A stretch of 64,000 nt of DNA from NCBI GenBank assembly GCA_050575255.1, contig JBNZDD010013730.1, forward strand, positions 5,882,015-5,946,014, written 5' to 3'. Positions 38,535-53,751 of the stretch are shown in pieces. The notes below the pieces were generated by a model. That model was not told the DNA's origin. It saw nothing but the letters and a program-made list of their open reading frames with translations, and did no database searches. Source of the DNA: Harriotta raleighana (lineage: Eukaryota). Both the position numbers and the translations under genes were made by a program. Position 1 is the stretch's first letter, and each line of letters begins with the position of its first letter.

Positions 38535-41236
38535 AGTCACATTCTACCCTGATCAAGTAGATTCTGGCTACTTAAGGCAGTATTGACTTCCAACTGATCT
38601 ATTGTTACTCAACCCTGCCTCTTACCCAATATCATATCTTTAGAGATAAAATTGTGATAATTTACAAGTGGCCAATATGTCACTTAAACTTTTATTGCTG
38701 TTTATATTGTCCAGCGAAAGGTAAGGACAATATATAAACTGTATAGGCAAAGTTATTGCAAAACTAAAACAATAGGGATTGTAAATCACCTGCAAATACA
38801 TTAAAATCTCATCAATATATGGGGTCTTGCACACACAGAAACTCGCCACCCTGTTTGAAAGTGTCTGAATCCGAGAGAGTTCCACGTATGCATATCAAGC
38901 CTTTGTGTGGAATGGAGTGAAACTCTTATTCACCAAGTACAATAAGCAACTGTTTAGCAGTTCATAAGAAAATGCCATAAAAAGTCAGTGAAAATGTCTT
39001 ATCGATTTTTGGTTACAATAATAAAATAATTTAGGATCATGTAGAGAGCCTAAATTGTATTTATGACAGACAAGCGATAAAAATGAACAAAGTGGTAATT
39101 GATTGAGACACTAACTGACGAAAAGTACTTATGAAAAACATTTGCACAAATGCTGAGGTGGTGTTTAGTATTGACTGTAGTTGATTGGGAGTAGAAGATG
39201 ATCTGGATTTTTTTAGATTTCGTATGTTCGGGTGATTCTTTAGAGACGGGAGTCATATTGTTAGAAATATATTTGAACACTTTCAAGGATTTTACACTGA
39301 AATGAAACAGCTCTATACCACACAGAGAAGTGTACAAAATATTTGTCGCATATTAACTTGCATTCTGGGGTTGATGGACTAGGTCAATGAACCAAAATTT
39401 TCCCTTGTGAATTATATATTGAGACTCAGCATAGCATGCAAGTGGAGCAGACTTTAGGATAGTATAATTGCTGGTAATGAAACAGCCCATTGAATGCGTC
39501 ATTTGGTTAAGCCACAAATCTTCGAAAACAGACATCGCAGTGACCTACATTAATATTCAACTATATGGCATGAATGAAGAAGTGGTTTTATGCAATTTCT
39601 CTCCAACTCCTAGCAGATATTCATTACCAAGCCATAAATTATTTGTGAAAACACATTTCTTCACAGCTCACAACAAAAATCATGTGGAAAAGGAAGATGC
39701 CTGTTGGCGGCTATACATGTCTTTTCCGACTAGCAGTCTTGTCAGTTTCACAGGTTCATACATAATCAACTGGAAGCATCTTTGGGCTGGTGTTGATTTT
39801 TTTACATTAAAAAACATATCCATCAGAAAATTGCCAACGTTTCATTAAAAAATACTGTAAAAACGGGGATCAGGTTAATCTTAAAATCAGTTATGGAATA
39901 ATGATAAGTTAATTTATTAAAGCAACATAGACATGTGATGGGTACATCTAAGCTCCTATTCTTAGATGCTGTACTTATCTCCAGAGGCCCCAGTTTTTAA
40001 CCAGCAAAGGGGAGGTAATACAAGGTTTCTGCTGGTTGCTGGCTGTTAAGAGTGAAACTAGAATTGCCTTCTGGCGATCATGGCTTGCTCTCTTACAGAA
40101 TGTCAGTAATTTTGTAGTCGGCATCTTAGCCAGGGAAGTCCAGCACTACAAGGATGAGTAATTTCATGTTGTTTGGCAGAAAAAGTATTAAAAACCTATT
40201 CTCGCCATTTTTAAGTATGATCTAATTTTCAAACCTAATACGGAACTACAGAAAAATCTATACTACATGCTTGTATAAAATTACATCATTTCTAGAGCAC
40301 ACTGCAATAAAACAGCACGAGATTCTGTTGCCTTTGTAAACTCTCATAGAGAAATTCCACCTAGATCTAAATTTACTTTATTAACTTAGCTTTTGAATTT
40401 AGCAAATTCTTAAATACAGCCTCCATTTTAAAGTCAATTTTCTGCAAGTTTTTTTTAAGAACTACAGAAAACTGGCTTTAAAGTTAAGATCGAATACGGT
40501 AAATTCTGAATGTTCGCAAATACTAAACAAATAAGAGTAAATCCAGGCGAACCCAGGTAAAATTTCTCCCCAAGGCTGGCTGAAGTATGAAACATTGAGA
40601 ATGATAACTTTCTCACTGTATACTATTATTAGAATCCATTCCCTAAGATAGATGTATTTCTAATCCAAAGTGTGTATGGAGGTACATGTGAAATCCCCTT
40701 GGATAATAAGCGAATGGATTAGAAATAATTAGTGTACATATGGAACGGAGTACAGTAAACTCACATAAGTCATATCAGTAAGGACCATAGCATTTTAATT
40801 GACTTAAATGAAGTCTGAATTGCAGGCAAACAGTATAAGCCATATAAAATCGGATTTTCCGTCAATAACCCACACTGCGTATGTCTAATTCAATAGAGCT
40901 GGTAAGTACGCTTACACTGATGGGTTTCCTGCGATTTACTGTGACTTGGCCTGTCGTCGCATGTGCAGTTACTGGCGAGCACTGGAATCACGATAAATAA
41001 AATTCTTCTGTGCAAGCATCAACGGGGTTGAGGACGTTACTTCCTACAATACAATATGGGTGTACGGTGGTAATGGAGGATAGGGAAGAGGTGTTATGAG
41101 TAAAGATGCGAGTCTTATGTAGTGGACTATATCTTTTGTTTAGGTGAATCTTGAAATTACCTCCAAACATGTTTTATGCTCACACAGCTATTTAGCATTT
41201 TGCCCTTTCATTTGTGCAAAAGGCTTCATTGAAATT

Positions 41237-41480
41237 GTACAGTGCTTTAACCGACTGATGGTCAACACTTGGATGGACAGACTAGTGATGAGACTACTAG
41301 TTCAGCTCCTATTTAAACATTTCAGAACTCTTTTCTTCTGTGCTGTTACATATNGTACAGTGCTTTAACCGACTGATGGTCAACACTTGGATGGACAGAC
41401 TAGTAGTCTCTGTGATGAGACTACTAGTTCAGATCCTATTTAAACATTTCAGAACTCTTTTCTTCTGTGCTGTTACATAT
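41237..41480. other. Duplicated contig overlap across single N (likely assembly artefact)
   Basis: Near-identical ~117 and ~126 bp copies abut N at 41354. Confidence 0.85.
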
Positions 41481-41809
41481 TGCTTTAATGACTTAATTGG
41501 CAATTGGACATTAACAACGAGAAGTAAGCAAGTGTAAAAGGATTCTGGGGAAGTGACGAGGTAGAATATGGAAGTGTAAGGTGTAAATAAAGGAACCAGT
41601 GAATCTAACTGTGTTCTAGATTCACAAAGATTACGTGTGCTTGTCAAGGTGAGAAAGGTCAGCTCACTTGGAGTATGGGTTAATTGCAGAATAAATCTTC
41701 CTTTGCCCCAATGTTGATCTTAGCACACCTCATAACAGCATCTCTTAATTCACCAGTGCAACCTTTCCTATTTCCCATATCAGTCTGTATACCTTCTAAG
41801 TGAGAGTGT

Positions 41810-41953
41810 TTGCTTCAATGCCAAATGGAAGAGTTTAACATGATCCTGGGCAAGAAAATCACAAATAGTTGGGTTAAAACTCAANTTGCTTCAATGCCAA
41901 ATGGAAGAGTTTAACATGATCCTGGGCAAGAAAATAGTTGGGTTAAAACTCAC
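41810..41953. other. Duplicated contig overlap across single N (likely assembly artefact)
   Basis: ~70 bp copies on each side of N at 41885, differing by a short indel. Confidence 0.85.
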
Positions 41954-44900
41954 CAAATCAATTTCACACAGAACTTTCACAGGCTGCAATGTCCTATTTG
42001 CATGTGGATCCAGTTCAAAGTTAGTGAAAGAAAATAAATGCTCCGTATTGAATGGGGCTTTTTAAAGTGTTCCTTTTGCACCCAGGCCATTTGTCATTTA
42101 TACATATCAAGTGGTTGAACATACCTGAGTTAGCTTGTACGTCGTCATTTGCAGACAAATGTTACACCAAGTATATAGAACCAAAATGACAAATAAAAGT
42201 ATGTTATTTTGCTATCATAAAATATAAACCCTCTTCATACAAATTGATACTCCAAAATTGCTCTCTCTTTGAATGCTGGAGGCTATTATATTTGCTATTT
42301 ATCCCTGGCAAGATCACCCAGCTAAGAACACGACAGGCATTTCTGCAACTGGTCAATAGCACCGACAGTCACCATGTTCAAATGGCAGCCATGGTTTAGC
42401 AAAGTATAAAGCACATGGAATACGTCTTGCGTTTTTAACAAAAAAGGGACAAAAGAGATTCCAGTCTGATATTTGTTTATTGCTTCTGTAATCTTCATAG
42501 AGTATGATACTAGCACTGTGTCTCCCAGAATTAGCCACTGATCTGTTCAGAAAAGTACAAGGGTGAAACTACGCAAAAGGCAAATTGGGATTGCAATTAT
42601 TCGGCTACATGAAGTCATTTTATGGTGAAATATTTGCCGTCGACTAATTTGGGGATTGAACTATTAGTTCAGACTGCAGTTCAGACTTCATCTAATATAA
42701 TGGGAAAAGGGTGATCTATTCCATAGGTTGTGGAAGCTTTTTATGATTGGAGGGGTGAAGCATGAGGGCTGGGGTAACGTTGAAATCATGCATACCCTTA
42801 CTTCAATGGGAGTGAAAGCTTTTTATGTGTGTGTGGTGTGGCTGGGTGGGGGTAAAACATATTTCCGTCCCCTCAATACTTTCATGGGAATATCAGGGAA
42901 CGTTACCATGATTCAAAAATGTCGACAAAATCTGCATAACTAGATTAAAACCATTTGACAAGTAAACATTGCAGACTATGCAAATAGAGCCAGCAGTACA
43001 CTTGTTCAGAATATTCACCCTTTGTTCTCTAATGGTGGCTTTTCTTGTCTCACATTTAAATTAGTTCAGGAACTTTTGCAAAACCCCCTTTCATGAGTTA
43101 AAAACAATACAACCACTTTAATTGGTTATTCCTTCCAAATGCTTTACTATTTTCTACATTAAAATGTATTTCAAACTATAAATCTTTCACCATTTTAATT
43201 TCCAGATGAACCAACCCTTATACTGTATCATCATTCATTGGAAGTAATTCTATCCCAATTCTTTTATCGTTAAGTGTAACAAGACGGAATGAAGTCAGTG
43301 CCAGCAAATTCCAACCATATGTTATTCAACTCTTACAGAAACCCCTAACCTGGAACAATATTAACACCCAAAGCACAATCTAGGTAAAGGTATGAATCAA
43401 CACAGGCTGCCAAATAGACATTTCATTGAATCAGAACATATTTTATTGCTCTTTTGTGCACGTCTGTTATAACAGACCATTCAATTGAAAAAAATTCAAT
43501 TAAATACTAAACACTATTAGTTTACAAGGTATATAATTTCAGTAGTCATTTTTTACGGCATCATTGCACACATGTGCTGATAACTATTTTCAGTCATCTT
43601 ATTTTTAAAGGTTTTTTAAAATTTTCTGTGAATATTTATTGATTTTAGTTCATGAATTCTCCTCTTTTTCTCAGTAGATAACAAGGGTGATTTAACAGCA
43701 CTTGGCTTTGCTCCTGTGCTAAGCTGCAAGCACTTAAATTGAATAAACAGTAAATATTTTACTGTCAATTATGTCAGTCTATATTAATAAATAGGTATCT
43801 TCTTGAAGTTGTTACATAAGCACAGTACTTGAAACCAATTGGAATTGTAATAACAAAATAAAAATAAGCCCCTGCTTTTCAAGATTGATTTCAACTGTTA
43901 TCCATTAATATCAGAGATGTCGGTCAACTATCCACACTGACCTTCACACACAAACTACATTGATAGAAATTATAGAAATTCATTGAAACCCTCCTCCAGC
44001 CGGCCAAAACAGGCCTTTTAAGTGGCCCAAAGTATGAGTGAGCCAATGTGACATAGGGCTTTTCGGGAACAGGTTTAATCACTTCCCCCTTATCGCTGAG
44101 CTCTGTTGTGATGTAGTGGGAAGCAGCAGGGAACAAACCCAAAAATAACAATACACGTTCCAAAACACAGGAAAGCGAGAGTGCACAAAACACTGCTGTG
44201 CATTTTAAGATTTGTGTTTTGATCTCTCTGGCTGCCGTAAGTAACTGTTGTCAAAAAATAAACAATAACAATGAATTATCTGCTTTATTCCCTCAGCATG
44301 CCTAGCAGGGAACTCAATTCTATTTTTAAAAATTGATAAATTTCAATCATTTGTTCATAACCAGAACCCTCCGGTGAGCATTTTGAACTTTTGCAGCTGA
44401 GCTGTAGAGAAATGCAGTTTGTAACTCTGTATTTTTCACCGCACGCACAGTGACATATTGCTTTCTTTTCACTTGCCCGTTGACTTAAGTGTGACAGGTT
44501 TCCCCAGTCTAATATGTCATCCAGGGTACTAGGTTGCAAAACACTGCAACCATCGAGCGCTTCAAATAATATGTCCCACCTGGGATCATTTTTCTAACTT
44601 TCCCCATTGCTAACTTAAAAGAATATTTTCTTCATGAAAAAGACTTCCCTTTTTTACTCCCTTGTGGAGGAATTCAGAATTTTCACCTTGGTAAGATCAT
44701 GGGTAAGAGAGATAGATCTTCATGCATTTCAATGCAGTCCATAGCGTTGCATTGCACTATTGTAAACTAAAGCATTTCCATTTGCGCAGATGACATACTC
44801 AGTTGCGCAAAAAAAAAGGTTCCTCAACAAAGAATCCAAGTTGCACAAATGGAGGCACCTTTGAGTGAAGTTTGTCGCAATGACTGCTAGGAATTTTGCT

Positions 44901-46818
44901 CAAACTCAATTTGCTGCCAGAGAAGAGTTGCTGTGTGAATTTGATCGGGATTCTTGGGAAGGGGGCAAATTACCAGGATACGATCCCATGAAGAAATTCT
45001 GAAAACTTGACCTCAATGTCCCTTCAACAATTTTTATTCAGTTCAAAAAAGTAGATAAAACACATTTAGCTGTTTCTATGAGCTCGAGAATAACCAGGGG
45101 TGCTCTCTTGAGAGTGAATGAAAGACTGTGAATGAGTGAAATAGAGAAGAGGGGTGAGTAGGAGAGACACAGAGCGAGAGAGAAAAAGAAAGGTTGGAAA
45201 AAATCGTGCTGTCTTGATTGATTAGTTTCAGCTTATGCTACGTTCTATTTTGGTCTCTTTTGTGATCAAAAATGGCTGTCTCCTTCTCTGGGAATGACAA
45301 ATCTAAGGAAGACAGTTTGGAAGGATTACAATGTTCTTTTGAGAAAGACGCTAATCTAAAACAACTGCAAAGCCACTTAATTACAGGGCTCTAAACAATG
45401 CCCTCACCCTGTAACCTTGTTTTGGATGTGCTTCCTCAACGCTTTGAATCTAATGTATCTGTGATGTTGTTTCTTGTGACACAGCAAACCACCAGACAGC
45501 TGGACAACCTGCAAGCTCCTTCACAACTCATTGAACAAACACCGGAACACTCCTGCATTTGTACTGTATATTCTGATTGATGACAATCTTGTAAAAATGT
45601 TAATTCTTAATATGGGACATCAGGATTTCATCAGTTTGTTATGAAACCTGTACATGTTCTTCCTGCTGTGTGTCTGAATGTATTTTTTTTTAATTGAGTG
45701 CCTATATGCAACAGAACACACCAGTATACTGAAACCTGGTAGATGCTTCCCTTTCTCCTTCGATCACACAAATCATTCTCAGTCACTGTGGAATACTATC
45801 AGGGTCACACTGAATAATAAATCTTGTCCATCATTTATAACTATTCCTATAACTATAAAATGTCATTAAACGCAATCTGGGTGACTCTCCGTGAGCAGGT
45901 AACTTTAGTTCACTTTGACTATATGCCTCGACAGAGAATGCCATTATAACAAATGTGATTTACAGCTCCACAAGCCAGGCTGGTCAGATAACTCACTCGT
46001 CACAAAGTCAAGAATGAGTTATGATCACACTTGCTCCATGAAATAAAGCCATATTTCACAGCTCACCATGGCACATTCTATTTATACTGCAAATTTAAAT
46101 TATTATTTTAAATAATATTTTTAATTAATTTGAAAAAGGAGTATTGTGAACCTTTAAGAGCCTTTAATACCGTTAAATATGCTACATGCACCTCCTCTCA
46201 TTTCTCCCTAAAGGTAACTGACTGTCATATTAAAATGGAAATTAAGCATTAAATTCATGGAGTCATTTCAGGTATAACTTGATTTATCGGGAAGTTATGG
46301 AGTTTGCGGATATTTTTATATAAGAATAAATTCACCACTGGCCTTTTATTGCTTATGTTTCGTGTGGCGGGTCATTATTGCGAGATGACTGTCTTAAAGC
46401 AGCAGTTAATTTCAAAGGCTTCTTTGTAGTTGTGTTTACACTGAGTCAGAAGACAAAGCCAATTTCCGAAGTTCTCGGGTGCTCACTGGTGAAACAAGCT
46501 GTATTTAAAGCAAGATTCTAACAATAGCTGGCAAGGAGAGAAGATGAAGATGGCTGGACTGTGGTGGGACTGAGGCCTGAGTATAATTAGATGTGCCTCA
46601 GCACAGCTGGCAAAGTATAAGGCTTCTGAAGTACAACTTACCTTGAAAAATTCTCAAATTACACATAACCCCGTCAACCTCTTTTCGTACAAAGATATTG
46701 AATAATTTAGTATTTTGTGGTCTGAAACGAAGCCATGCACATGAAGATGCACCATTGATCACTCAATGGTAGAAATTGGATGTCTGGTGTCTTCAGCGCC
46801 AGCTTAGATCAGTACAGT

Positions 46819-47136
46819 GGAGTCCTGTAGCTCGGTGGTTAGAACACTTGCCTTCCAGTCGAAAATCTTTGGTTTGATTCCAGGCAGGGTGAAACCTTGG
46901 GCAAGTTTCCTTACTCCACGTTTCTGAACATACTCTGCCTGACAATAAGTAACCCCTCAAAAAAAAATTGGGCATTTTAATCCATGACTGTTCATAGCAC
47001 ACAGTTGTGCGCGACTGGCTGCCGCATTTCGCCCACAAGTATACAGTCAATTCACTTGATTTTATATTCTGTGAAGGGCTTTGAGATGTCCAGAAGACGT
47101 GAAAAGCATTATATCAAATGCAAGGATTATTATTAT
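46819..47136 (+). mobile_element. Full-length tRNA-derived SINE with 8-bp TSD
   Basis: Head ggagtcctgtagctcggtggttagaac, tail ...caaggattattattat; flanked by AGTACAGT at 46811-46818 and 47137-47144. Confidence 0.93.
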
Positions 47137-47869
47137 AGTACAGTATTACCAACAGGCTCCTGAAAACCATGCTTCAAGAGCAAACGTGAATGAAGTTTCT
47201 TGTTAAGCAATATGTTTCATATTGATAATTGATTATAGAAACCACATATTTTTAAGTATTTAAAAAGTATGTTACTGTGTTTAAAAAGTTCTTAATGCTA
47301 GTACAGGACACTTTGTTATTCTTTTTAATATAAATGTCCGACTCATTCAGAGGAATGCTCAGCGAGATCAATGTTAGACTGATAAAAGGAAGTCTGATAC
47401 TGCCCTATTAGACCAAGCACTCTAAAACAAATCTTAAATTTATAAAAGGAAAACGTATCAATTAGGAAATACAACAATAATCATAATAGGCCCTCCAAAC
47501 ACAATTCTCAACACATGAAGTCGGGATACGCATTCAACCTTTACTTAAGGCTAAACAATGAACCCACTGCAAGTAACAATCGAAAGCCGTGGTCTTCAAA
47601 CTGAACACCAATGTGTGACGTAACTGCAACACATTGACAACAAGAACGGTGTTGAGGTGGGAAAGTCTACCACATTCTGGGATTTTGTATTTGATACTTA
47701 ACATATATCCTCATCTAGACAGAACTTAGACCCTTTTTGTATTCTTTATAAAATGTGTTAATAGGTCAATAACATTTTAACTGAGAGACGGGAATTAAGA
47801 AAAAAGTTAGATTAATAAAGGTATAAAATAAAAATGTGTATAAAGCCTGACTATGCTTTCAGTACCATA

Positions 47870-48290
47870 TCTAGCTTTGGTCACTATTATCGATGAAGAA
47901 TGGACAACAGCATTGAAGAGGATCAAAGAAATGCAGAATAAATGTACTAACAACTTTTAGAATGGATTGTGTGTTCTGCAGGATGCCAACAGCAGAAAAC
48001 TACAGGATATGATAAAAGTTAAGGAAACCATGACAAACATACCTAGTTTATACTTAGATCTGTTCGGTTATTGAGTGAACTGTAATTGTACAGTGCAATT
48101 GTACACTGTACAAATTAGAACAACTAGTATTTGCTGTAAAATGGAATGAACAGATTTCTAATTGTGAAATAAGCAGAGAGGAGTTTAGTACACAGGGATA
48201 CATGAGAATAAAATGGTTTCTGTTGGCTCTAAATTTGGACATTAAAACATGAGGTGAGCTTGAATGGCCTTATCGTATCCATGCCCTCTG
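47870..48290 (+). mobile_element. Very old CR1-like 3' remnant
   Basis: cagcattgaagaggatcaaagaaatgca resembles LERVQRRA coding; ends gagcttgaatggcct, similar to a CR1 tail. Confidence 0.35.
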
Positions 48291-50240
48291 ATTTTACATG
48301 AACTGATTATGGTTTGGGGAATATGTCATGCATTATATACGCACACAGCGTCAACCAGCTGCTCGACAATGGGAAGCGGATGACACAATGGGATTGAAGG
48401 TGCTTTTGAAAAAGTCATGAGGAAAAAATCAAATAACCAGATGGGAACAAAATGAAAGCTAAAACAGGTCTCACTCAAAGGTCTTACTGCAGTTGGACAC
48501 CAGGAATATTTTTTTTTCCTTGTGATGGGTTCAATAGAAATTGGAATCGGGTCTGAATGGAGAGTCCAGGACATGGCAGGGAAGCCGGGTAAAAGCGCTA
48601 TTGGCATTCCAATGTCATTATCAATCATGATTTCATATCTGGACATTGATCTATTCCAATGTTCTGTGATGGTTTGTAATCAGTTAAAAAAATGCTACGT
48701 CGGGTTCTTGGCTGAGGAAATTGACGTAATATGCAGCACATACAGGACAATTTTAGTTCTCAACAAAAGATATTCTGTGTTCTCTTTTCACTGCAGGAAT
48801 GAAAATTATCAGGTGAACTATTCCAGGCAACAAGCTGCTACCTGCTGCAGGCAAACTTAAGACATATGTGTACAAAGTCACATAGGGTTAGAATCCCAGC
48901 AATTTGGCAAGTTACGTTTAATCATCTAGTTTCTAAGCCTTTATTGTCCAAAGACTTTTGAGAAATATGTAGGTGATTATTTTAGCTTGCATTCTCCCCC
49001 AGAAGATTACAGGGTCCAGTCAGTATAGATAATGGAAAGATGTATTGAGCTCCAGTGCAAATTTTCATCTTATGGATCTCCTTGCTCTTATTACCTGGAA
49101 AAAAATGAACAGAATATCTTTTCCTACACATCTCTTTCAATTCATCTACCCAAGTCTTTAGCTCAGACTTTTACAGCTATTAAAGTTGATTCCATACATT
49201 CATTAATAAAGATATAATACAGTTCGGAAATCCAATTCTTATCCAATGGGTTATTCATAAGAGAATACAATTTTGATGGAGTGTAATGTTCAAATGCTGC
49301 TGTGATGGGCATGATGGACCTGCATGTGTCAGATGGTATTGCTCTCCTGAAGTTGCACAGAACCTTTGGCTATCCAAAGGAGAAGAAATGATCATTGTGC
49401 TACAAATCCCTTATACGGAATAGGAATTGCATTTGTAGAAACCTATGTAAGAATAAAAGGGAAAGGACAACCTCTGTTGTACCCTTGGGAGACACATACA
49501 GTATTTATATAAAAGTCCTAGATCCCAAGGGCACAATAAAACACAAGATTCATCCTGAATCTGAGGGATAATTTATTGTAGCTAATAAATTGAAGATGGA
49601 AGTTGACATCGCTACTTTACCCATTGATAGCCAGTGTGCTGATTTCACCAAACAACCCCTTGATGAATTTGTGCAGTCATACTACATTTCAAGTTAGGCA
49701 AATAAATAACTTGCTTTTGGCTGTTTATAATATTTCCAGCTGCACCTATTTGGCCAGCTAGACCTTGACAGTTCTTGATTAAGTAAAGTCTTTACGTGGA
49801 ATTGTAACAGGCAACATTTAGCTGTCATCAATGCCATTAACGTGAAAAATCTAGGATAGAGATGTGGGAAACAGTCTCACACTACCTTATGAAAAACTAC
49901 AAGGTCTAACCTTGCTCTATACAAACAGTTTTACAGATGAATCGTGTTGATGCAGGATTATTTTACCTAACTACCAGAAGGGTGAATGCAATTGAAGTAT
50001 TTCACAGAACGGTATATGGCTTTGCTCTTCTAGAAAATTATTTCTTACACAGAAGAGGAACACAAATCTAACATTGTGGACAGCGCAGTGAGTTAAGAGA
50101 TCAATGCTTATGTCACTTTTAACGGGACATCTTAGGTTAAACTTTTTATTTGTTCCATACATCAGCTCTTCCGTATCATGCTTGGCTCACACTACTACCT
50201 CTACGATCTCTTCATAAAGCAAATGGTAAAGGATATATTG

Positions 50241-50538
50241 TAATAATATCATAATAATCCTTGCATTTGATATAGCGCTTTTCACATCTTATTTGGCATC
50301 TCAAAGCGCTTCACAGAATTTACTGTAAAGTGAATTGACTGTATATTTGTGGGTGAGATACGGCAGCCTATTGCGCACAGCAGTGTCCCACAAACAGTCG
50401 TGGATTGAAAATGATCAATTTTATTATTGTGGGTTTTTTTGCAGGGATTATTATGAGGTATGTGGAGTAAGGAAACTTGCCCAAGGTTTCGCCCTGATCT
50501 GTGGGCGAGTACCTGAACCACTGAGCTACAGGAGCTCC
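50241..50538 (-). mobile_element. tRNA-derived SINE (deletion in head)
   Basis: Reverse complement of the family consensus; B-box region shortened. Confidence 0.92.
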
Positions 50539-52353
50539 TTTTTTTTTACACAAAAAGTAAAGAAAATATTCACCAGTTTAATCAATATGTTTGAAGATGG
50601 AATACCTACACAATTGTAACACCAATAGAGGAGTTTCTATGTTTAGAAATGAAACTACTATTAGGACTCAGCAACTAAAGGAACGCCTGCTTTCTTTGCT
50701 GGACTCTTACCTTTGACCACTCTAATGTTAAGGTGGCACAAAAGAGCATTAAGCAATCCTACTCAGGTCACAGCGTAATCAATCAATCAGCACAGTCAAT
50801 CACAAAAATATTAGGAGACTAGTAATGTGCTCTACCCAGAGATTGGTGAGAACTTGTCGAATAAAAGATGGCAAGGAAACTGAGCAGTGCCACAGTTAAT
50901 AGGGAAAGGAAACGCTTGTGGCCACGGAATGATGGCTTAAAGATATTGTTCAAGAAGATAATAGAAGGCCATTCAGATCATCCTTCCGCAAATAAGTAAA
51001 ACTCACCATTTCACAGATTCTACCCAACTTTAGGTTCTCAGGGGAAAGCTCTTCCTCTGAGGTATTCAAGCAAATTTGAGAATATCTTTCTCAACTTATA
51101 ATCAACATTCATGAGGACATATTGCTCTGCCTTTCTTCCTATTTACTGCCAGTAGTACAAGAGGTTGCCCTTTTGATAATATGCTCAGGGCTTAGATAGC
51201 AACATAGGATTTGATTGTCTGAAGCCAAGATCAAAGCACCGTATTTCACACAATGTTTTGAAGAACTTTCCATTTAACATCGTACAGACAATAAGAGTGA
51301 ACAACTCAAGAGCACTTCATTTGTTTTCTAGATACAGGGCGAGCTGTGACAAACAGAATAACAAAAAACCCTGGAGAAGCGTGAACTTTCTGCAATGAAT
51401 TGGCAGTGCCGGGGGAAATGCAGTTGATGACAACATTGGAACTCATAAGATGGTACAGACAGACGTGGGAACGCAGGCAGGGAAAATTACATTCCTACCA
51501 TACTTTTTTTGTGGAATGGAACTGAAGAACACAATCCACTGAGATGTAAATACAAAGAAATACATCAAGGAGAAATAACATGACTGACCACTATGGAGGT
51601 GAGAGTTGCACTGTTATAAACACTTCATTTCACATTCTTAAGGATATATATATTATCTATACATATATCTATACAGTTGTATCAGTGTATACAGTACAAT
51701 ATATTATGCATATACAGCCCTGTCCAACAAAATGGAGATTGTCTCTTTAATGGATACATAGGTGGATAGTTAATGTAATTCATGATGCAGTTATGTTTCC
51801 ACTATTATATTTACACTATATGCAAATAATGTTTAATTTGATACCCCTGAATTACACAGGCTGATTTTTTTGAAGCAACATTGAAAATCAAAGGAGCTAA
51901 GTGAATCACTCTCATGAGTCCATGCTAAGCTGCTACATCTGGTCACAGATAATATTTATGTTAATAATAATGCCTAAAAACAATCTAATTTCTGTAGCTG
52001 CAAATGACTGAGGGGCAACCGTAAGAAGCAAAAATAACTTATTACTCAGAACATTCATCTGGCAATCTGGGCACACATCTGCTGTCAGCGTGAATTAAGT
52101 CCCTGCTCGCAACCAATTTGGCAGACAATAAATTATTGCAGCGAATAATGTGAAGGTACTCTTCTAATCTGTTAAATTATTTGAATGATTAAAAAGGTAA
52201 GAGTACAGGACACACCTTAAACTATGGACAATGTGGAGTGATTTGTCCAAGCAGTCAGGAGCAAAGGCACATTCCGATGGTTAGTATCCTATTGTGGCAT
52301 GTGAAGCCAATTTATATTTGCAGCTCTACAGGGTATTGACTGGGCCCACGTTC

Positions 52354-52500
52354 AATAACAACTTGCGTTTATATAGCATCCTTCACATGAGGTAGCATCT
52401 CGGAGTGCTTAAGCCCAGTATTTAATATTGCTTGCATTTCACATCAGGAGACTCAAACGGTTTCACAGGAATCACTGTAAGGTGTAGTAACTGTGTATTC
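52354..52500 (-). mobile_element. Two adjacent old L2/SINE tail remnants
   Basis: aacaacttgcgtttatatagcatcc...catctcggagtgctt and cttgcatttc...ctcaaacggtttcacag...gtgtagtaactgtg. Confidence 0.55.
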
Positions 52501-53421
52501 TGTAAATGAATCTCAATAAATGCAAACTTTTTTCAGCAGACTTCAATCCAAATTTTTTTTGGCATGTACTGATGTTGTTAAGGGGTTAAATTGCATCAAC
52601 TTCTAACAAGATTTCTTAATAAGGAGAATCCAAGTGTGAACTTGCTCTGTAGATACAAAATATGTCACACATCTCACCTGATTTACAGGAACACCACTCT
52701 GAAGATAGACTCCAGAGATACTCATTTAGATAAAGAACATGTAAAAAGCACTCAGATCGGGAGGATTTTTAGCTCTGATGTTTGTATTATGTATAGGTAT
52801 GAACATAGAGTGAAATTAGAATTTGTCACATTAAAATAATTTTCTCACATTCATGCAAGGACCATTGAACACTAATTATTTTTTTACCGCAAACAGTTTA
52901 ATTTACTTCACAATTACATGAAATGGATGGTTATTAGTGCAGAAATTGATTTTACATGAAAAGCCAATTTTCTAGAGCAAATATATGAATTATGTATATT
53001 GAATGTTTTGTGTTACAGTGACAGATAGGGCTAGGCGATATCTTTTGTTACTTAAGGGTGAAAAGTCTTTGACCAGTTTGTTTCATTTTGGTGAGCGAGA
53101 TGGGTCCTAAAATGATCTTTGAGTACCAGTGACTCAATGATGTGCATTCATATAAAGGTTCTTGATGGCATTCAAGCTCTCTTGTACACTATTCTGTGTG
53201 CAAGATGCAATATAAATGCAAGTTGTTGCTTCTTTGACACATTTTTGATCTACAATAACATTCCTTTTTAACTTTTTCAACGTTCAATGTGTGCTTACAA
53301 AACGAGGAATAATTTCAGACTTTTAGATTCTGTAAACTTTTGCTAACCAAGAGAAATGGGCTAAGTGATGAGATATCCAGAGTAACAAATTAGGCATAGG
53401 TCCTCCTAAGCAAAATGAGGC

Positions 53422-53737
53422 AATAATAATAATAATCCTTGCATTTGATATAGCGCTTTTCACATCTTATCCCAAATCGCTTCACAGAATATACTGTAAA
53501 GTGAATTTACTGTATATTTATGGGCGGAACATGGCAGCCAATTGTGCTCAGCAGCGTCCCACAAACAGTCATGGATTAAAATGACCAATTTTATTCATGC
53601 GTTTTTTTTGGAGGGATTATTATTAGGCATGTGGAGTAAGGAAACTTGCCCAAGGTTTCGTCCTGATCTGCCTGGATTCGAACACAGGTCTCACGCTTGT
53701 AAGGCGAGTGCTCTTACCACTGAGCCACAAGAGCTCC
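53422..53737 (-). mobile_element. Full-length tRNA-derived SINE
   Basis: Minus-strand head ggagctcttgtggctcagtggtaagagcactcgccttacaagcgtgagacctgtgttcgaatcc, body, (ATT)n tail. Confidence 0.94.
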
Positions 53738-53751
53738 AGATACATAGTCAG

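Noticed and set aside
40751-40945. Second Tigger-like element starting TA-CAGTAAACTC
   Set aside because: No convincing matching right TIR or TA duplication.
41237-41953. Two tandem duplications
   Set aside because: Each is split exactly by a single N and differs by small indels, typical of unmerged haplotype or contig overlaps.
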